Shown here in pieces: positions 19,847-30,721 of a stretch of 64,000 bases of DNA; position 1 is the first letter of the stretch, and the number at the start of each line of letters is the position of its first letter. The position numbers were made by a program, and so were the translations under genes. The notes beneath the pieces are model-generated. The model did not search any database. It was not told the origin of the DNA and saw only the letters and a list, made by a program, of their open reading frames with translations. The DNA lies in NCBI GenBank assembly GCA_016931515.1, contig JAFGEQ010000011.1:488-64487 (forward strand), written 5' to 3'. The stretch is from a candidate division CSSED10-310 bacterium. GTDB taxonomy: Bacteria; CSSED10-310.

Positions 19847-21644
19847 CGGATTTTGCCAGAGAACGCGGTCTGTCGACATTTCGTTTTAGTATGACAGCCG
19901 AATAGTACGCAAACATTTGCCCCAGAACAAGCAACAGGACAGGCGCGCTGATTTGATCACTGTCCTGGAGATTGATCTCGTGATTAAAAATGCCGACACG
20001 TTCTCCGAAACCAAATCCGACAATGAATCCATCCCTGGATTTGATTTCCTCGGCATTGGCGATTGTATGCTGAAACAATTCTATTGAGGACCGTGGTGGC
20101 AAAAAGAAGATCGAACCGAACGATTTGTCAATCAGGGCGATTGTCCCGTGTTTCATGAAACCTCCGGACACTCCCTCCGCATGATGATAAGTAACCTCCT
20201 TCATTTTTAAAGCAGCTTCACGAGCAATAGCGCTGTATATACCCCTGCCGATGAAAAGCCAATTCCGATAGGATTGCGTCTGTTGAGCCAGATTGTTTAC
20301 AAACCCCTTGCTTTCATTGATAACTCGACGGATCATTCCCGGCAAAGCCGCCAGGCTTTTTAAATGAGAGTCATAATCGCTTCCGGTAAGATGACCCGAT
20401 CGACGTCCCAACTCCAGGGCTATTCTGATTGCTATTGTTATTTGAGCAACGGCTGCTTTCGTCGAAAGTACACAGATCTCGGGTCCTGACTGCTGCATGA
20501 TCGCGAGATCAGTCTCCGAGACCATGGTCGACCCCATGACATTGATTATCGCGGCTGTCCGAGCGCCGAATTTTTTAGCATATCTCAATGCCGTCAACGT
20601 ATCGTATGTTTCCCCGGATTGGGAGAAAGCCAGAACAAGGGAACGGTCCGATAACTGGGCGATGTATTCGAATTCGTCGGAGGAAACGGCAATCAAGTGC
20701 CGGCCTGATAAAAGGGCACAATAGTATTGAACGCACTCCGCGACGTAATAAGTGGTTCCGACTCCAAGAAGATATACGCGATCAGCGTTGAGGATCCAAT
20801 CGCAGACGAGATTTATTTTCTCAATATCCACTTTCAGGGCTGACTCAACCGTGCTGGGCTGCTCGTGAATTTCCTTCAGCATATAATGCGGATAACCGCC
20901 CTTTTGACTAAGTTCGGGGTCCCAATCCAGAGTCACGATATCCCGAGTGATTTTTTCTCCGGATAACAGATTCCGGATTGATACAGCTTCACGATCAATG
21001 ACGACATACTCGCCATCCTTAACGGGTATAACATTACGCGTATAGTCCAGGATGGCGTTATAATCCGAGCCGATATAATTTTCGTTAATGCCCAGCCCGA
21101 TTATCAACGGGCTTTCTCTCCGGGCGGCATAGATGTGATTTGGATCGTGGACGCTGATTACTGCGAATGCAAAGGTCCCATCCAGATCGCGGGACATACG
21201 TCGAATGGATTCTTCCAGATCGCCACTGGATCTGAAATGGAAATCGATAAGATGCACGAGAACTTCGGTATCGGTATCGGATAGAAATTGATAATCCTTG
21301 GACTCCAGCATTTGCCGAAGATCACGATAATTTGAAATGATGCCATTGTGTACAAGTGCAAATTCACCTTGATTGCTGGCATGAGGATGAGCGTTTTCGC
21401 GCGTAACTGCACCGGTTGTTGCCCAGCGGGTATGGCCAATGCCAATCATGCCGTTCATTTCATTGAATTTCAGGATCTCGGACACCTGTTTTACAGGACC
21501 CTTGTCTTTTCGAACATCGATAACGCCGTTATTACAGACAGCCAGCCCGCAGGAATCATATCCGCGATATTCCAGGTTCAGAAGTGATCTGACCAATTTG
21601 GGAGCGACCCGACTCGAGCTGACAATACCCACGATTCCGCACAT
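19833..21644 (-). CDS. glmS: Glutamine--fructose-6-phosphate transaminase
   Basis: MCGIVG, EYRGYDS, HTRWAT, SQSGET, PRSLAKSVTV. Confidence 0.97.
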   Translation of the reverse strand: MCGIVGIVSSSRVAPKLVRSLLNLEYRGYDSCGLAVCNNGVIDVRKDKGPVKQVSEILKFNEMNGMIGIGHTRWATTGAVTRENAHPHASNQGEFALVHNGIISNYRDLRQMLESKDYQFLSDTDTEVLVHLIDFHFRSSGDLEESIRRMSRDLDGTFAFAVISVHDPNHIYAARRESPLIIGLGINENYIGSDYNAILDYTRNVIPVKDGEYVVIDREAVSIRNLLSGEKITRDIVTLDWDPELSQKGGYPHYMLKEIHEQPSTVESALKVDIEKINLVCDWILNADRVYLLGVGTTYYVAECVQYYCALLSGRHLIAVSSDEFEYIAQLSDRSLVLAFSQSGETYDTLTALRYAKKFGARTAAIINVMGSTMVSETDLAIMQQSGPEICVLSTKAAVAQITIAIRIALELGRRSGHLTGSDYDSHLKSLAALPGMIRRVINESKGFVNNLAQQTQSYRNWLFIGRGIYSAIAREAALKMKEVTYHHAEGVSGGFMKHGTIALIDKSFGSIFFLPPRSSIELFQHTIANAEEIKSRDGFIVGFGFGERVGIFNHEINLQDSDQISAPVLLLVLGQMFAYYSAVILKRNVDRPRSLAKSVTVA

Positions 21645-21655
21645 AAATGACCTTT

Positions 21656-22864
21656 CTATTCTTTAGGGTAGGTCCCGAAGTGAGGGATAGACATGCCGGA
21701 GGCAATTTTCGTTCCCGGGAGGAAAGTATGATTTGCACCAATCCAGGTTTTATCTCCGATAAACGATCCGAGCTTAAGCAATCCCGAGTCTATCGATTCA
21801 CCGGCGATATCCACGTGAACCGTACTCTGGTCCATATTGATATTGACCATAATGGTCGCCGAGCCAACATTCACGTCATGCCCGATCACGGAATCACCGA
21901 TGAAACTCAATCGCCCAATCTCCGATCCCGGCATCAGTACCGAGTTTTTGACTTCCACTCCGAATCCGATGATCGATCCCTCTCCTATACATGTATATTC
22001 ACGCAACAGTGCATTGTGGCCAATGAAACTGTTTTTTCCGATATAACAAGGCCCAATGATGGACGAGCCCGTTTTAATCGTGACATTATCTTCGATATAT
22101 ACCGGTCCGGAAATCATCGATCCAGGTTCAATAATAGTGGTTATTGCGAAACTTGATCGATCCCACTGTTTCATGTGTATTCTATTCGCAGCCAGGATAC
22201 TCCAGGGATAAGCGATATCGATCCAGTCTCCCTCCCAGATGGATGCATACATATCCATGGAATCCTGCATCACACGAAACGCCTCGATCACATTCCCGGA
22301 GCAATCAGCGAGAATTCTGAAGAATGAACCCGGCAGGATAAATGCGCCTGCCAGAATGTAATTGCCCAGATTTTTGGATCGAGGTTTCTCAATGATTTGG
22401 GTGATCCGCATGTCATGATCCATATAAATCACACCAAAATCGCTGGAATCGCCCGTCAGACTCACTGCTGCTACAGGTTTCCGGACCCGATTAAATGAAT
22501 GGATCAAGGCTCTGAACAGATTTCCCGAATACATGATGTCACCGTAAGCCAGTAAAAAGAAGTCTCTTTCATCAATGAATTCTTTTGCTGTAAGGATGCC
22601 CTGACCAACACCCAACGATTGATCTTGTGTCAGGATTGTCAGCGACGGCGATTTCAAATCATTTGAATCGGAACAGTCGTAGTCCATGGAGCTGTATTTT
22701 GGATTTACCACCACGGCGGTGTCGTGGATCCCTATCTGCTGGAGTGATTCGATCAACCGGGCTAAAATCGTCTTTCCACAGATTGAGATCAACGCTTTGG
22801 GTCGACATTCGGTAAGGGGCTCAAGACGTGTGCCCGGCCCTGCTGTCAATATGACTGCTTTCAT
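21656..22864 (-). CDS. Bifunctional sugar-1-phosphate nucleotidylyltransferase/acetyltransferase (archaeal-type GlmU-like)
   Basis: KAVILTAGPGTRLEPLT..RPK, WIDIAYPW, hexapeptide repeats, EVKNS, KLGSFIGD. Confidence 0.8.
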   Translation of the reverse strand: MKAVILTAGPGTRLEPLTECRPKALISICGKTILARLIESLQQIGIHDTAVVVNPKYSSMDYDCSDSNDLKSPSLTILTQDQSLGVGQGILTAKEFIDERDFFLLAYGDIMYSGNLFRALIHSFNRVRKPVAAVSLTGDSSDFGVIYMDHDMRITQIIEKPRSKNLGNYILAGAFILPGSFFRILADCSGNVIEAFRVMQDSMDMYASIWEGDWIDIAYPWSILAANRIHMKQWDRSSFAITTIIEPGSMISGPVYIEDNVTIKTGSSIIGPCYIGKNSFIGHNALLREYTCIGEGSIIGFGVEVKNSVLMPGSEIGRLSFIGDSVIGHDVNVGSATIMVNINMDQSTVHVDIAGESIDSGLLKLGSFIGDKTWIGANHTFLPGTKIASGMSIPHFGTYPKE

Positions 22865-23033
22865 GTTTAATACCTCTCAGATCGGCAAAATGCTACCTGA
22901 TTCGTAATCCTCCCGAAACCATAGCAGAAAACGACATGAGACGAAACGACCTTTATCATGTCTTTTTCAAACAGCGATTTAAGCGTAACCAGCGCGATGT
23001 GATCTGATCTAAGTGATGAAACCGGAGGGAATC

Positions 23034-24419
23034 ATGTCCGAATTGGTTCGATATAAAACAGAAGAAAAAACACTCGATCAAGCGGCATCGGACTGGATAT
23101 CGTCACTGGAAGGTCCATTATCGGCTAATCAGGGAAAAGATATCATTGACCTGTATTTTAACGAGATGGGATCAATTCAAACGCTTTCAAGGGAGGAAGA
23201 GGTCTCTCTGGCGATGAGGATTGAGTCACAATCCACTGAATTATTGGACGCAATTTCAGGCATTCCGGACCTGCCGAGATGGATCCTTGAGTGGATTGGC
23301 GATTGTCGTGAGAAAGCGCGGCGTTGGGAAGAGATTTTTCAGACAAGGGTTACTATCATAGACGGAGAAGAGAGGCGGATCGGTTTCAGGGAAAGGAACA
23401 GTTTGCTCGATGAACTGCAGAATGAGATTGAGATTTTACTGGAAAGAACGCGGACTGATTTCGACGACCGTAATGAGCAAAAGGATGCACGGGACTGTCT
23501 CCGCAATAGGATTTTAGAACATTTCAAGGCACTGGATCCGAGCATCGAAGCCATTAATGATCTTCGTCATCGATTCAGACAAACCATCGTGACTTCCAGA
23601 CAATCCGGGGTGAATGCTGTTCAAGGCACACCCCCTATCCCGATTGAGTATTGTGAGACTCTCCTACAACAAATTGATGCAGCATTTGATAAATTGATGA
23701 TCGAAAAAAATCATTTGATTCAAGCTAATCTGCGGCTTGTTGTCAGCATCGCAAAAAAATTCATCAAACGCGGTTTGCCGTTTTCGGATGTTCTTCAGGA
23801 AGGAAATCTCGGGCTGATTAAAGCGGTCGATAAATTCAATTATCGTAGGGGTTACCGATTTTCAACTTATGCGACGTGGTGGATACAACAATCCATCATC
23901 AGGGCGGTCGCTGAAACAGGGCGGTTGATCCGTGTACCATTATATGTGGCTGAAACTTTATCCAGGATCAACCGGATAGGGAACAAGCTTCAGCAGGAAT
24001 TTGGCCGCGATGTGTCAATCGAGGAACTCGCCGCGGCATCCAATACATCGGCGGATAATGTCCACCTGTATCTCGATGTATACCGGGTACCATATTCCCT
24101 TGAAATGCCGATCGGTGATAACGAGGAAGGTCGCTTGAGCGATATGTTACCTGATTACAGCGCGAAGTCGCCTCTGGATAACCTGCATAAGCTTGATATT
24201 CGGCAATACATACTGGATGCGCTTGATGGAATTTCAGTTCGCGAGAAACTGGTTCTCAAGATGCGTTTTGGTATTGATTCCGAAAAGGAATATACTCTGG
24301 AAGAGATTGGTCGGCTGCTAGGGCTGACCAGGGAGAGAATTCGGCAGATTGAATTGGAAGCCTTGAAAAAGATCCGCCAAATCAGGCTGTCTAACGAGTC
24401 TCGACTGCATACTGAATAA
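23034..24419 (+). CDS. Sigma-70 family RNA polymerase sigma factor (RpoD/RpoS-like, no region 1.1)
   Basis: Regions 1.2, 2 ([35 protein letters not shown]), 3 and 4 ([16 protein letters not shown]). ATG 23034 follows GGAGG. Confidence 0.88.
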   Translation: MSELVRYKTEEKTLDQAASDWISSLEGPLSANQGKDIIDLYFNEMGSIQTLSREEEVSLAMRIESQSTELLDAISGIPDLPRWILEWIGDCREKARRWEEIFQTRVTIIDGEERRIGFRERNSLLDELQNEIEILLERTRTDFDDRNEQKDARDCLRNRILEHFKALDPSIEAINDLRHRFRQTIVTSRQSGVNAVQGTPPIPIEYCETLLQQIDAAFDKLMIEKNHLIQANLRLVVSIAKKFIKRGLPFSDVLQEGNLGLIKAVDKFNYRRGYRFSTYATWWIQQSIIRAVAETGRLIRVPLYVAETLSRINRIGNKLQQEFGRDVSIEELAAASNTSADNVHLYLDVYRVPYSLEMPIGDNEEGRLSDMLPDYSAKSPLDNLHKLDIRQYILDALDGISVREKLVLKMRFGIDSEKEYTLEEIGRLLGLTRERIRQIELEALKKIRQIRLSNESRLHTE

Positions 24420-24482
24420 AAAGAAGACGAAAAAAAAGCGATTCAGATCAACTGAACCGCTTTGATACAATTTCTATTCTAT

Positions 24483-25253
24483 TCAGGGGTTTTGAAGACG
24501 GTCCTGGGCGAGTCGTGCTTCGGAAGAATACGGATGCTTCTCTATCAGCTCTTCAAGAATTTTCTGGCCGCCCGTCACATCACCGGATTCAATAAGACAC
24601 AGTCCCTTCTTCAACAATGCAGGCACAGCTTTATCGCCATTGGGATAACGGGATAAAACCAGCTCAAATTGCTCCAGGGCTTTGTCATACCGTGCTTGGG
24701 CGTAATAGCATTCCCCGATCCAATACTGGGAGTTATCTGCCAGATCGGAATCGGCGAACGCGGCTAGAAATCCTTGAAATTCGAGAATCGCAAGATCGTA
24801 ATTCCGGTTGATGTAATCATTGTATGCAGTCTGATACACAACCTCTGGTCTTTGATCACCACTATCGGTTTGCTGCCCTTCCGCTTGATCCTGAGTTCCT
24901 GAAGATTGGGCATCAGATGCCCGGAACCTCAGCGAATCACTGGATTGGATTACCGAAGTCGATGGAGTGGAATACTGCAGTTTTTCAACCGCGTTCTGAA
25001 CTATCTCACTCTGCAAAGTGACCGTGTTGACCATATCTGCCTGGGTTTTACTGATCGCATCCAACCTTGTCATGATCAGATTAATTTCCCGATTCAGCGC
25101 TTCGTATTCGGCTTTGCTTTCCGAACGCTCGGTTCGTTGCATCGTTTCAAGTTTTTCAATCCGATGCATCATGGGTTCACTTGTAGCGCAACCCAGAACA
25201 CCTGCTATCATCAGCATTACCATCAACATCCAACCTGTTACACGATAAAACAC
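24483..25253 (-). CDS. cpoB: Tol-Pal system protein CpoB/YbgF
   Basis: Lipobox, coiled coil, TPR with DNSQYWIGECYY; follows pal. Confidence 0.92.
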   Translation of the reverse strand: MFYRVTGWMLMVMLMIAGVLGCATSEPMMHRIEKLETMQRTERSESKAEYEALNREINLIMTRLDAISKTQADMVNTVTLQSEIVQNAVEKLQYSTPSTSVIQSSDSLRFRASDAQSSGTQDQAEGQQTDSGDQRPEVVYQTAYNDYINRNYDLAILEFQGFLAAFADSDLADNSQYWIGECYYAQARYDKALEQFELVLSRYPNGDKAVPALLKKGLCLIESGDVTGGQKILEELIEKHPYSSEARLAQDRLQNP

Positions 25254-25275
25254 CAGGTTAACCCTCCACCCGGGA

Positions 25276-25812
25276 TCAGTCGTTCACTACAAATGCAGCC
25301 CGACGATTCAGTTTCCAGCAAGATTCCTTGCTTTCTCTGCAAACAGGTCGTTCCTCACCATATGTGACGGTTTCGATCAGCGATCCCTGCACACCGAAAT
25401 CCATCAAATATTTCTTGGCTGCCGCCGCTCGTCGTTCACCCAGTGCAAGATTGTACTCATTGGAACCACGCTCATCGCAATGTCCTTCGATCGTGACCGT
25501 GATATCGGGGTTCTTGATCATGTAGGCGGCCTTCTCAGCAAGAATGGATCGACCTTCTGCAGTCAATACCGCTTTGTCATAATCGTAATAGACCGATTCA
25601 CTGCTTAAAACACTGCGGGCTTCTTCCAATTTTATCAACCGGAGCTCTTCCATGGTCGGCTCTTCTTGTGCGGGAGCAGCAATTGGAGTGTTTGTTGGCG
25701 CTGCTGATTCAGGAACAAACTCCTGCTCGGGTGCTTTCTTCTTACACCCGCCCATCATCAGTCCAACACACACGACCAGCAACACGAAATAAAAACTCAC
25801 ATTTCGAAACAT
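25276..25812 (-). CDS. pal: Peptidoglycan-associated lipoprotein
   Basis: Lipobox GGC, IEGHCDERGSNEYNLALGERRA, YGEERP, NRRA; ATG 25812 behind AGGAGG. Confidence 0.96.
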   Translation of the reverse strand: MFRNVSFYFVLLVVCVGLMMGGCKKKAPEQEFVPESAAPTNTPIAAPAQEEPTMEELRLIKLEEARSVLSSESVYYDYDKAVLTAEGRSILAEKAAYMIKNPDITVTIEGHCDERGSNEYNLALGERRAAAAKKYLMDFGVQGSLIETVTYGEERPVCRESKESCWKLNRRAAFVVND

Positions 25813-25915
25813 ACAAAACCTCCTGATCAAATTTAGCCAGATTCGTTGAATACCTAATTCAACTTTCGTCAATGCTATTCTATTTGAATAACAATATCAA
25901 AGTAAAAAGCAACGT

Positions 25916-27220
25916 TTATCGAGACCATGCCGGATTCTCGCACCCCCCCATGGCATGAACAATCCGGCGAATGTTCCGGCCGGATAAATCCATTACGTAC
26001 AACCCTTTTGAACCATCGCGAGTCGACGTAAACGCAATATGACGACCGTTTCTCCCGAATGAAGGATCTTCATTATGTCCCGCCTCGGATGTGAGAGGAT
26101 GTTCATCACTCCCATTCGGACGGATCATCCAAATGTTAAATACTCCATCCCGCCTGCTGTGATAAGCGATCCAATCACCCCTCGGCGACCAATCGGGAGC
26201 GGTGTTATAATTACCAACGCTGGTCAATCGACGGATGTTGGCGCCGTCAATATCCATGATATATAACTGAGGGCTGCCGGTCCTGTCCGATACAAAAACA
26301 AGTTCGCGGCCATTGGGCGCAAAGACAGGATTCGTATCCACCCCCGAAGAAAATGTTAGACGTCTTACTTTTTTTGTTTCCAGGTTATACAGTGAAATCT
26401 CCGGATCTCCTTCGTAACTTATCGTCAATGCCAGATGTATTCCATCAGGATTCGGAGCAGGGGTTATATGCATTCCACCCTGCAATAGAGGCATCGATGT
26501 GGAATCCGCCAGGTCGATCACGTACAGGTCAGGGTATTTCTGCTGATAGCTGGTTATAAAAAGTTCCGCGTTTTCGACAGACCACGCAGGTGACAAATTG
26601 ATACTGCCATTCCGTGTGATCTGGGTCAGATTGCTGCCATCCGGATCAACCGTGTACACTTCGGCATTCCCTGTTCGACGAGACGTGAAAGCAATACGCG
26701 TATCATTGATTCCTCTCTCCCCAGTCAATCTGTACTGAACTTCATCGGCAAATTTATGAATAACCGATCGTACTCCCGAAAGGGGTGTCGTGTAACGGAT
26801 GCCTACAATCTGCTGACCCATCCGGACATCGAATAATCGGATACTGATCCGGTAATCGCCGTCTGGACCTTGATTGATATATCCTGTCAATAAAGACTGC
26901 ACTCCAACCAGGTAATACTGGCCAAAATCCGGATTGACGAGTTCTTTCTCAGAGGTGGGGAAAAAAGGTGATATATCGATAACGTTAAAGCGGCCTGAAA
27001 ACTCAAAATCCTGCCTGAAAATCGAATGGATTTCCCTTACAAGTTCCGGCTGCTCACTCAATTCGCTGTTAAATAGCGGTAAAGCTATATCAATTTTTTT
27101 AGCTTGTGATGCGGTGATATCGAAATACACATCCGCACTCCGGCATACAGATACCGCAGTCCAGGCGAGGAAGAACCCGGTTACCAACCTGTTCATCTGT
27201 TTTCTTTTTGTAAACGTCAC
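25916..27220 (-). CDS. tolB: Tol-Pal beta-propeller protein TolB
   Basis: HKFADEV..LTGERG..TRIAF, PD40 repeats, C-terminal PAWS; GTG 27220 behind AGGAG. Confidence 0.94.
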   Translation of the reverse strand: MTFTKRKQMNRLVTGFFLAWTAVSVCRSADVYFDITASQAKKIDIALPLFNSELSEQPELVREIHSIFRQDFEFSGRFNVIDISPFFPTSEKELVNPDFGQYYLVGVQSLLTGYINQGPDGDYRISIRLFDVRMGQQIVGIRYTTPLSGVRSVIHKFADEVQYRLTGERGINDTRIAFTSRRTGNAEVYTVDPDGSNLTQITRNGSINLSPAWSVENAELFITSYQQKYPDLYVIDLADSTSMPLLQGGMHITPAPNPDGIHLALTISYEGDPEISLYNLETKKVRRLTFSSGVDTNPVFAPNGRELVFVSDRTGSPQLYIMDIDGANIRRLTSVGNYNTAPDWSPRGDWIAYHSRRDGVFNIWMIRPNGSDEHPLTSEAGHNEDPSFGRNGRHIAFTSTRDGSKGLYVMDLSGRNIRRIVHAMGGCENPAWSR

Positions 27221-27230
27221 AATGATACTC

Positions 27231-27971
27231 CTATAACTTGCAAATAAATCCAAAATGTACACCGAGACTCGAATCCGAGTATCCTTCCGGCAGTGAAGGG
27301 AACGGGGCACTGACGATAACAGCACGTAGAGCGGATTGATCCAGAATCGTATCCCCCGATGTTTCCTCGATACCGGATGCCAGTAGGCGACCCTGACGAT
27401 CAATGCGAAAAGATATAACAACCCGTTTATTCTCAGCTTCAAATGAACCGAACGGGGGAATCCAGTTTTCACTGACTTTGCTTTTCATCATCGCCAGGTA
27501 GTACAGAAATGGAAAGTCCTTAGCGTCAACCCGCATGGATCCCATTGTCTGGCCGCCGCCTCCGGGAAGCAGATCCGACTGCATCGCAAACTCTTCTTCG
27601 GTGGCAGCTTTTGGAGGAGGTGTGCGGTCTTTTTCACGGTTCTTCATACGTTTTAATTCCGCATCAGAAGGATCGACTAACTCGTTCTTCGGCACTGGTT
27701 TGGGTGGTTCGGCGGGTTTTGGTTTTTCTATGGAGACGGCTGCTGGAACGATGTCGGAGCCTAATTCAGGCAGTGCATAATCGAAAAGAGTCACATCGAC
27801 GACATGATCGGAGTCGATGGATCGAGCCCTTAGCATGGGGAGCAGAACAATCAACAGGATGCTCAACAGGTGACATGCCGTTGAAATCATCACGGCGACC
27901 AGGGTTCGCCGCGAATGTTCTTGCACCAAGCCGGAAAAATAGTCCATGAACCTGCTATTCCTTCGCTTCAA
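27231..27971 (-). CDS. tolA: TolA/TonB-family protein
   Basis: TM with S..H motif, Pro/Lys linker, TonB_C-like end (SG..ILDQSALRAV...PFP.LP); between tolR and tolB. Confidence 0.82.
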   Translation of the reverse strand: MKRRNSRFMDYFSGLVQEHSRRTLVAVMISTACHLLSILLIVLLPMLRARSIDSDHVVDVTLFDYALPELGSDIVPAAVSIEKPKPAEPPKPVPKNELVDPSDAELKRMKNREKDRTPPPKAATEEEFAMQSDLLPGGGGQTMGSMRVDAKDFPFLYYLAMMKSKVSENWIPPFGSFEAENKRVVISFRIDRQGRLLASGIEETSGDTILDQSALRAVIVSAPFPSLPEGYSDSSLGVHFGFICKL

Positions 27972-28419
27972 TCGTTTTCGGCTTCGTTACCATTCCGAGT
28001 GTTTTTATTCCTGATTTTTTAACCACATCCATCACAGCAATTACATCACCATACGGCAGATTCCGGTCCGCCTCGAGAAAAAGCGCTTCGATTCGAGTGC
28101 TTTCATTCAGTTGCCTTAATCTCAACTCCAGATGTTCAAAAGGAATCCGACGGTTATCCAGGTAAAGCAAACCCTCACTGTCCATGGACAGTATATAGCG
28201 GCTCTCCGTCTCCTCCGGAAACAACCTTTCGGACGCTTGCGGAAGAGCAATATCCAATCCCTGCTTCAACATCGGTGCTGTTACCATGAAAATTATTAAT
28301 AGAACAAATGCTACATCGACAAATGGAGTCAGGTTGATCTCGGTCAAACCTGTACCGAGTGGCGGAATCCTGCTTCGCCGTCGCCTGTCTTCGTCTTTTG
28401 GGGGTGGGTTCATCGGCAT
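27955..28419 (-). CDS. tolR: TolR/ExbD
   Basis: EINLTPFVDVAFVLLIIFMVTAPM, ADRNLPYG. Confidence 0.93.
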   Translation of the reverse strand: MPMNPPPKDEDRRRRSRIPPLGTGLTEINLTPFVDVAFVLLIIFMVTAPMLKQGLDIALPQASERLFPEETESRYILSMDSEGLLYLDNRRIPFEHLELRLRQLNESTRIEALFLEADRNLPYGDVIAVMDVVKKSGIKTLGMVTKPKTIEAKE

Positions 28420-28425
28420 GAATTC

Positions 28426-29118
28426 TTACTCCAATACAGACAGAAAACTGGATCGGAACCGTTCAAACATAACATTTGCCAAACGGATCTTGAGCAGAAA
28501 GAAGTTATACCCCATTACGGCAGGAATCGCTGCAGCCAGGCCGGCCGCTGTAGTGATAAGTGCTTCAGCGATTCCGGGTGCGACTGCCGCGATACTTGCC
28601 GATCCAGCGCTTCCGATTCCCTGGAACGCTGTCATGATGCCCCAGACAGTGCCAAACAATCCAAGAAACGGTGTGATACTGCCGCAGGTACCAAGAAATG
28701 TAACCCTGCGTTCGAGATTCTGAATCTCAGTAATGATGGCATCATCCAGAGCCAGATCGAGCCGGGTTGTATTTGTGGGGGAGAACACAGCCTCACCGGG
28801 TTCTGTTCCCGGCCTGCGTTCCAGTTGCCGGTATCCCGCGATGAATATCCTGACCAGAGGACTCGGTTTGACGGATTTCAATTGATCAGCCATGTCTCCT
28901 AAGTGCCTGGCATGTTTAAACAGGCGCATAAACTCGACTGAACTCTTATTCAATCTGGAGAATTGTAGATATTTATCCAACATAATGCCCCAGGAACCCA
29001 GAGAAAACAGAAGTACGATCAACAAATCGATTTTCGCCAGAAAGCCTGCGTTCATAACGAGATTGACGACACTTTGCCCCATGGGTGTTCCGTTTCCGAG
29101 TGTAACTGATTCGATCAC
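28426..29118 (-). CDS. tolQ: TolQ/ExbB
   Basis: TPFLGLFGTVWGIM, VAPGIAEALITTAAGL.AAIPAV. Confidence 0.94.
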   Translation of the reverse strand: MIESVTLGNGTPMGQSVVNLVMNAGFLAKIDLLIVLLFSLGSWGIMLDKYLQFSRLNKSSVEFMRLFKHARHLGDMADQLKSVKPSPLVRIFIAGYRQLERRPGTEPGEAVFSPTNTTRLDLALDDAIITEIQNLERRVTFLGTCGSITPFLGLFGTVWGIMTAFQGIGSAGSASIAAVAPGIAEALITTAAGLAAAIPAVMGYNFFLLKIRLANVMFERFRSSFLSVLE

Positions 29119-29172
29119 TGTTCAATTCCTCATTTCCGTTATTTTTCTTCGCGTGTAAGCAAATCCTATCGC

Positions 29173-30213
29173 CTATTGCGATGGCTTTTTAATCCGTTGA
29201 CGATACCGTTGAACCGCCTGGTTATGTTCCCTGAGTGTCCGGCTGAATGTGTGCCCTCCTGAGCTGTCGGCGACGAAATACAAGAAGGACTCTTCAGCTG
29301 GAAAACAAGCTGCTTCCAGAGATTCTTTTCCTGGTGAACAGATCGGACCAGGAGGAAGACCAGCGCGGACGTATGTATTGTAAGGTATATCCATCTCGAG
29401 ATGTTTCTTAAGCAACCTGCCGGGATAAGTCTCTCCTAAAGCGTATATCACCGTTGGATCACATTGCAAGAGAATACCCCGTTTCAAGCGATTGTGAAAA
29501 ACGGCGGATACCAACTCTCGCTCTTCCGGCAATCGTGTTTCTTTCTCGATTAATGACGCCAGCGTGACAGCTTCGTGGAGAGTCAGGCCGTGTTCTCGGG
29601 CAGATGCCAGCCACTCAGGCCGAAGTGTCTCCTGAAGCTGGTCAATCATTCTCTCGACCAGTTTCAATTCATCAAATCCCTTCGTAAAACAATACGTTTC
29701 AGGGAATAAATAACCCTCCCATCCGGTAGACGGAAAGGGAAGACTCGGATGACGATATGAATGGGCAGCGTGTTTGAAGGCACCGGCTGAACCGAATCCG
29801 GAGTTATCCCACCGCGTTGCCATCTCCGATAGTGTTAAACCTTCCGGAAATGTTACACTGTAGGTGATGACCTGTCCGCTCAGCATGCGCTGGAGAATAT
29901 CCAAAGGCGACATAGCTGCGGAAATCAGATATTCACCCGATTTGATTGCAGCGGCATCCGGATTCAGCCTGACATGGAGTTTCAAAAAACGGCTGTCCGA
30001 TATGAACGATTGCTTTTCCAGTTCTATCGCAGTCCTGTCGAATGACCATCCGCTGACTATGATGAATACTCGGGGCACATCATTCGGGTCCAGCGGATTG
30101 TTCATCCCTTTCCGGTATTCTGATCTGACGATGAACAGCAGGATCGCGAACAGGACTATTCCCGCCATTACCGTGGCAGAAATTGTCAGAATGCAACTTT
30201 TGGTTCTCCTCAT
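29173..30213 (-). CDS. mltG: Endolytic transglycosylase MltG
   Basis: EGYLFPETY, ASLIEKET, LQCDPTVIY, PYNTY..GLPPGPI. Confidence 0.95.
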   Translation of the reverse strand: MRRTKSCILTISATVMAGIVLFAILLFIVRSEYRKGMNNPLDPNDVPRVFIIVSGWSFDRTAIELEKQSFISDSRFLKLHVRLNPDAAAIKSGEYLISAAMSPLDILQRMLSGQVITYSVTFPEGLTLSEMATRWDNSGFGSAGAFKHAAHSYRHPSLPFPSTGWEGYLFPETYCFTKGFDELKLVERMIDQLQETLRPEWLASAREHGLTLHEAVTLASLIEKETRLPEERELVSAVFHNRLKRGILLQCDPTVIYALGETYPGRLLKKHLEMDIPYNTYVRAGLPPGPICSPGKESLEAACFPAEESFLYFVADSSGGHTFSRTLREHNQAVQRYRQRIKKPSQ

Positions 30214-30219
30214 TCACGT

Positions 30220-30636
30220 TTATCCCGACAGGAAGTCCAGATAGTTTTGCAAGATGATCACGGCTGCGATGACATCCTTGCTTTGTTTCCGCTTCCGGCG
30301 CCGGACATTATCCTCCAGCATGGCTAATTCCGCTGATCGACTTGACAGACGTTCATCCCAGAAAACAACTGGAATTCTAGTTCGTTCGGTAAAACCCGAC
30401 GCAAACAAACGGGCTCCTCTCGCAGATTCTCCCTCTGATCCGTTCATATTCAGAGGCAGTCCGATCACTGCTGTCTCGATCTCATTAAAATCCACCAGGG
30501 CGAATAAAGTCTCCGGTATACTGCCGGGTTCGGAGACAGTCACTGTTCCGACAGGTTGTGCGGTCAACCTGAGGGGGTCGCTGACTGCAACTCCGATGCG
30601 GCGTGTTCCATAATCCAAACCAATAATTCGTTTCAT
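30220..30636 (-). CDS. ruvX: Pre-16S rRNA nuclease YqgF/RuvX
   Basis: GLDYGTRRIGVAVSD, GLPLNMNGSEG, DERLSS, AAVIILQNYLD. Confidence 0.95.
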   Translation of the reverse strand: MKRIIGLDYGTRRIGVAVSDPLRLTAQPVGTVTVSEPGSIPETLFALVDFNEIETAVIGLPLNMNGSEGESARGARLFASGFTERTRIPVVFWDERLSSRSAELAMLEDNVRRRKRKQSKDVIAAVIILQNYLDFLSG

Positions 30637-30721
30637 GAATCCCCTGTTTCTGATAGGCTGAACATCGTCCCGCTCAGCAGCATATAAGATTCGGACGAAT
30701 AATCAAAGGAGACGCTTCGGG

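Noticed and set aside
22865..23030. glmS ribozyme upstream of the glmU-like/glmS pair
   Set aside because: No recognisable ribozyme core sequence
24483..30636. Tol-Pal cluster with ruvX-mltG as a novel system
   Set aside because: Canonical gene content and order
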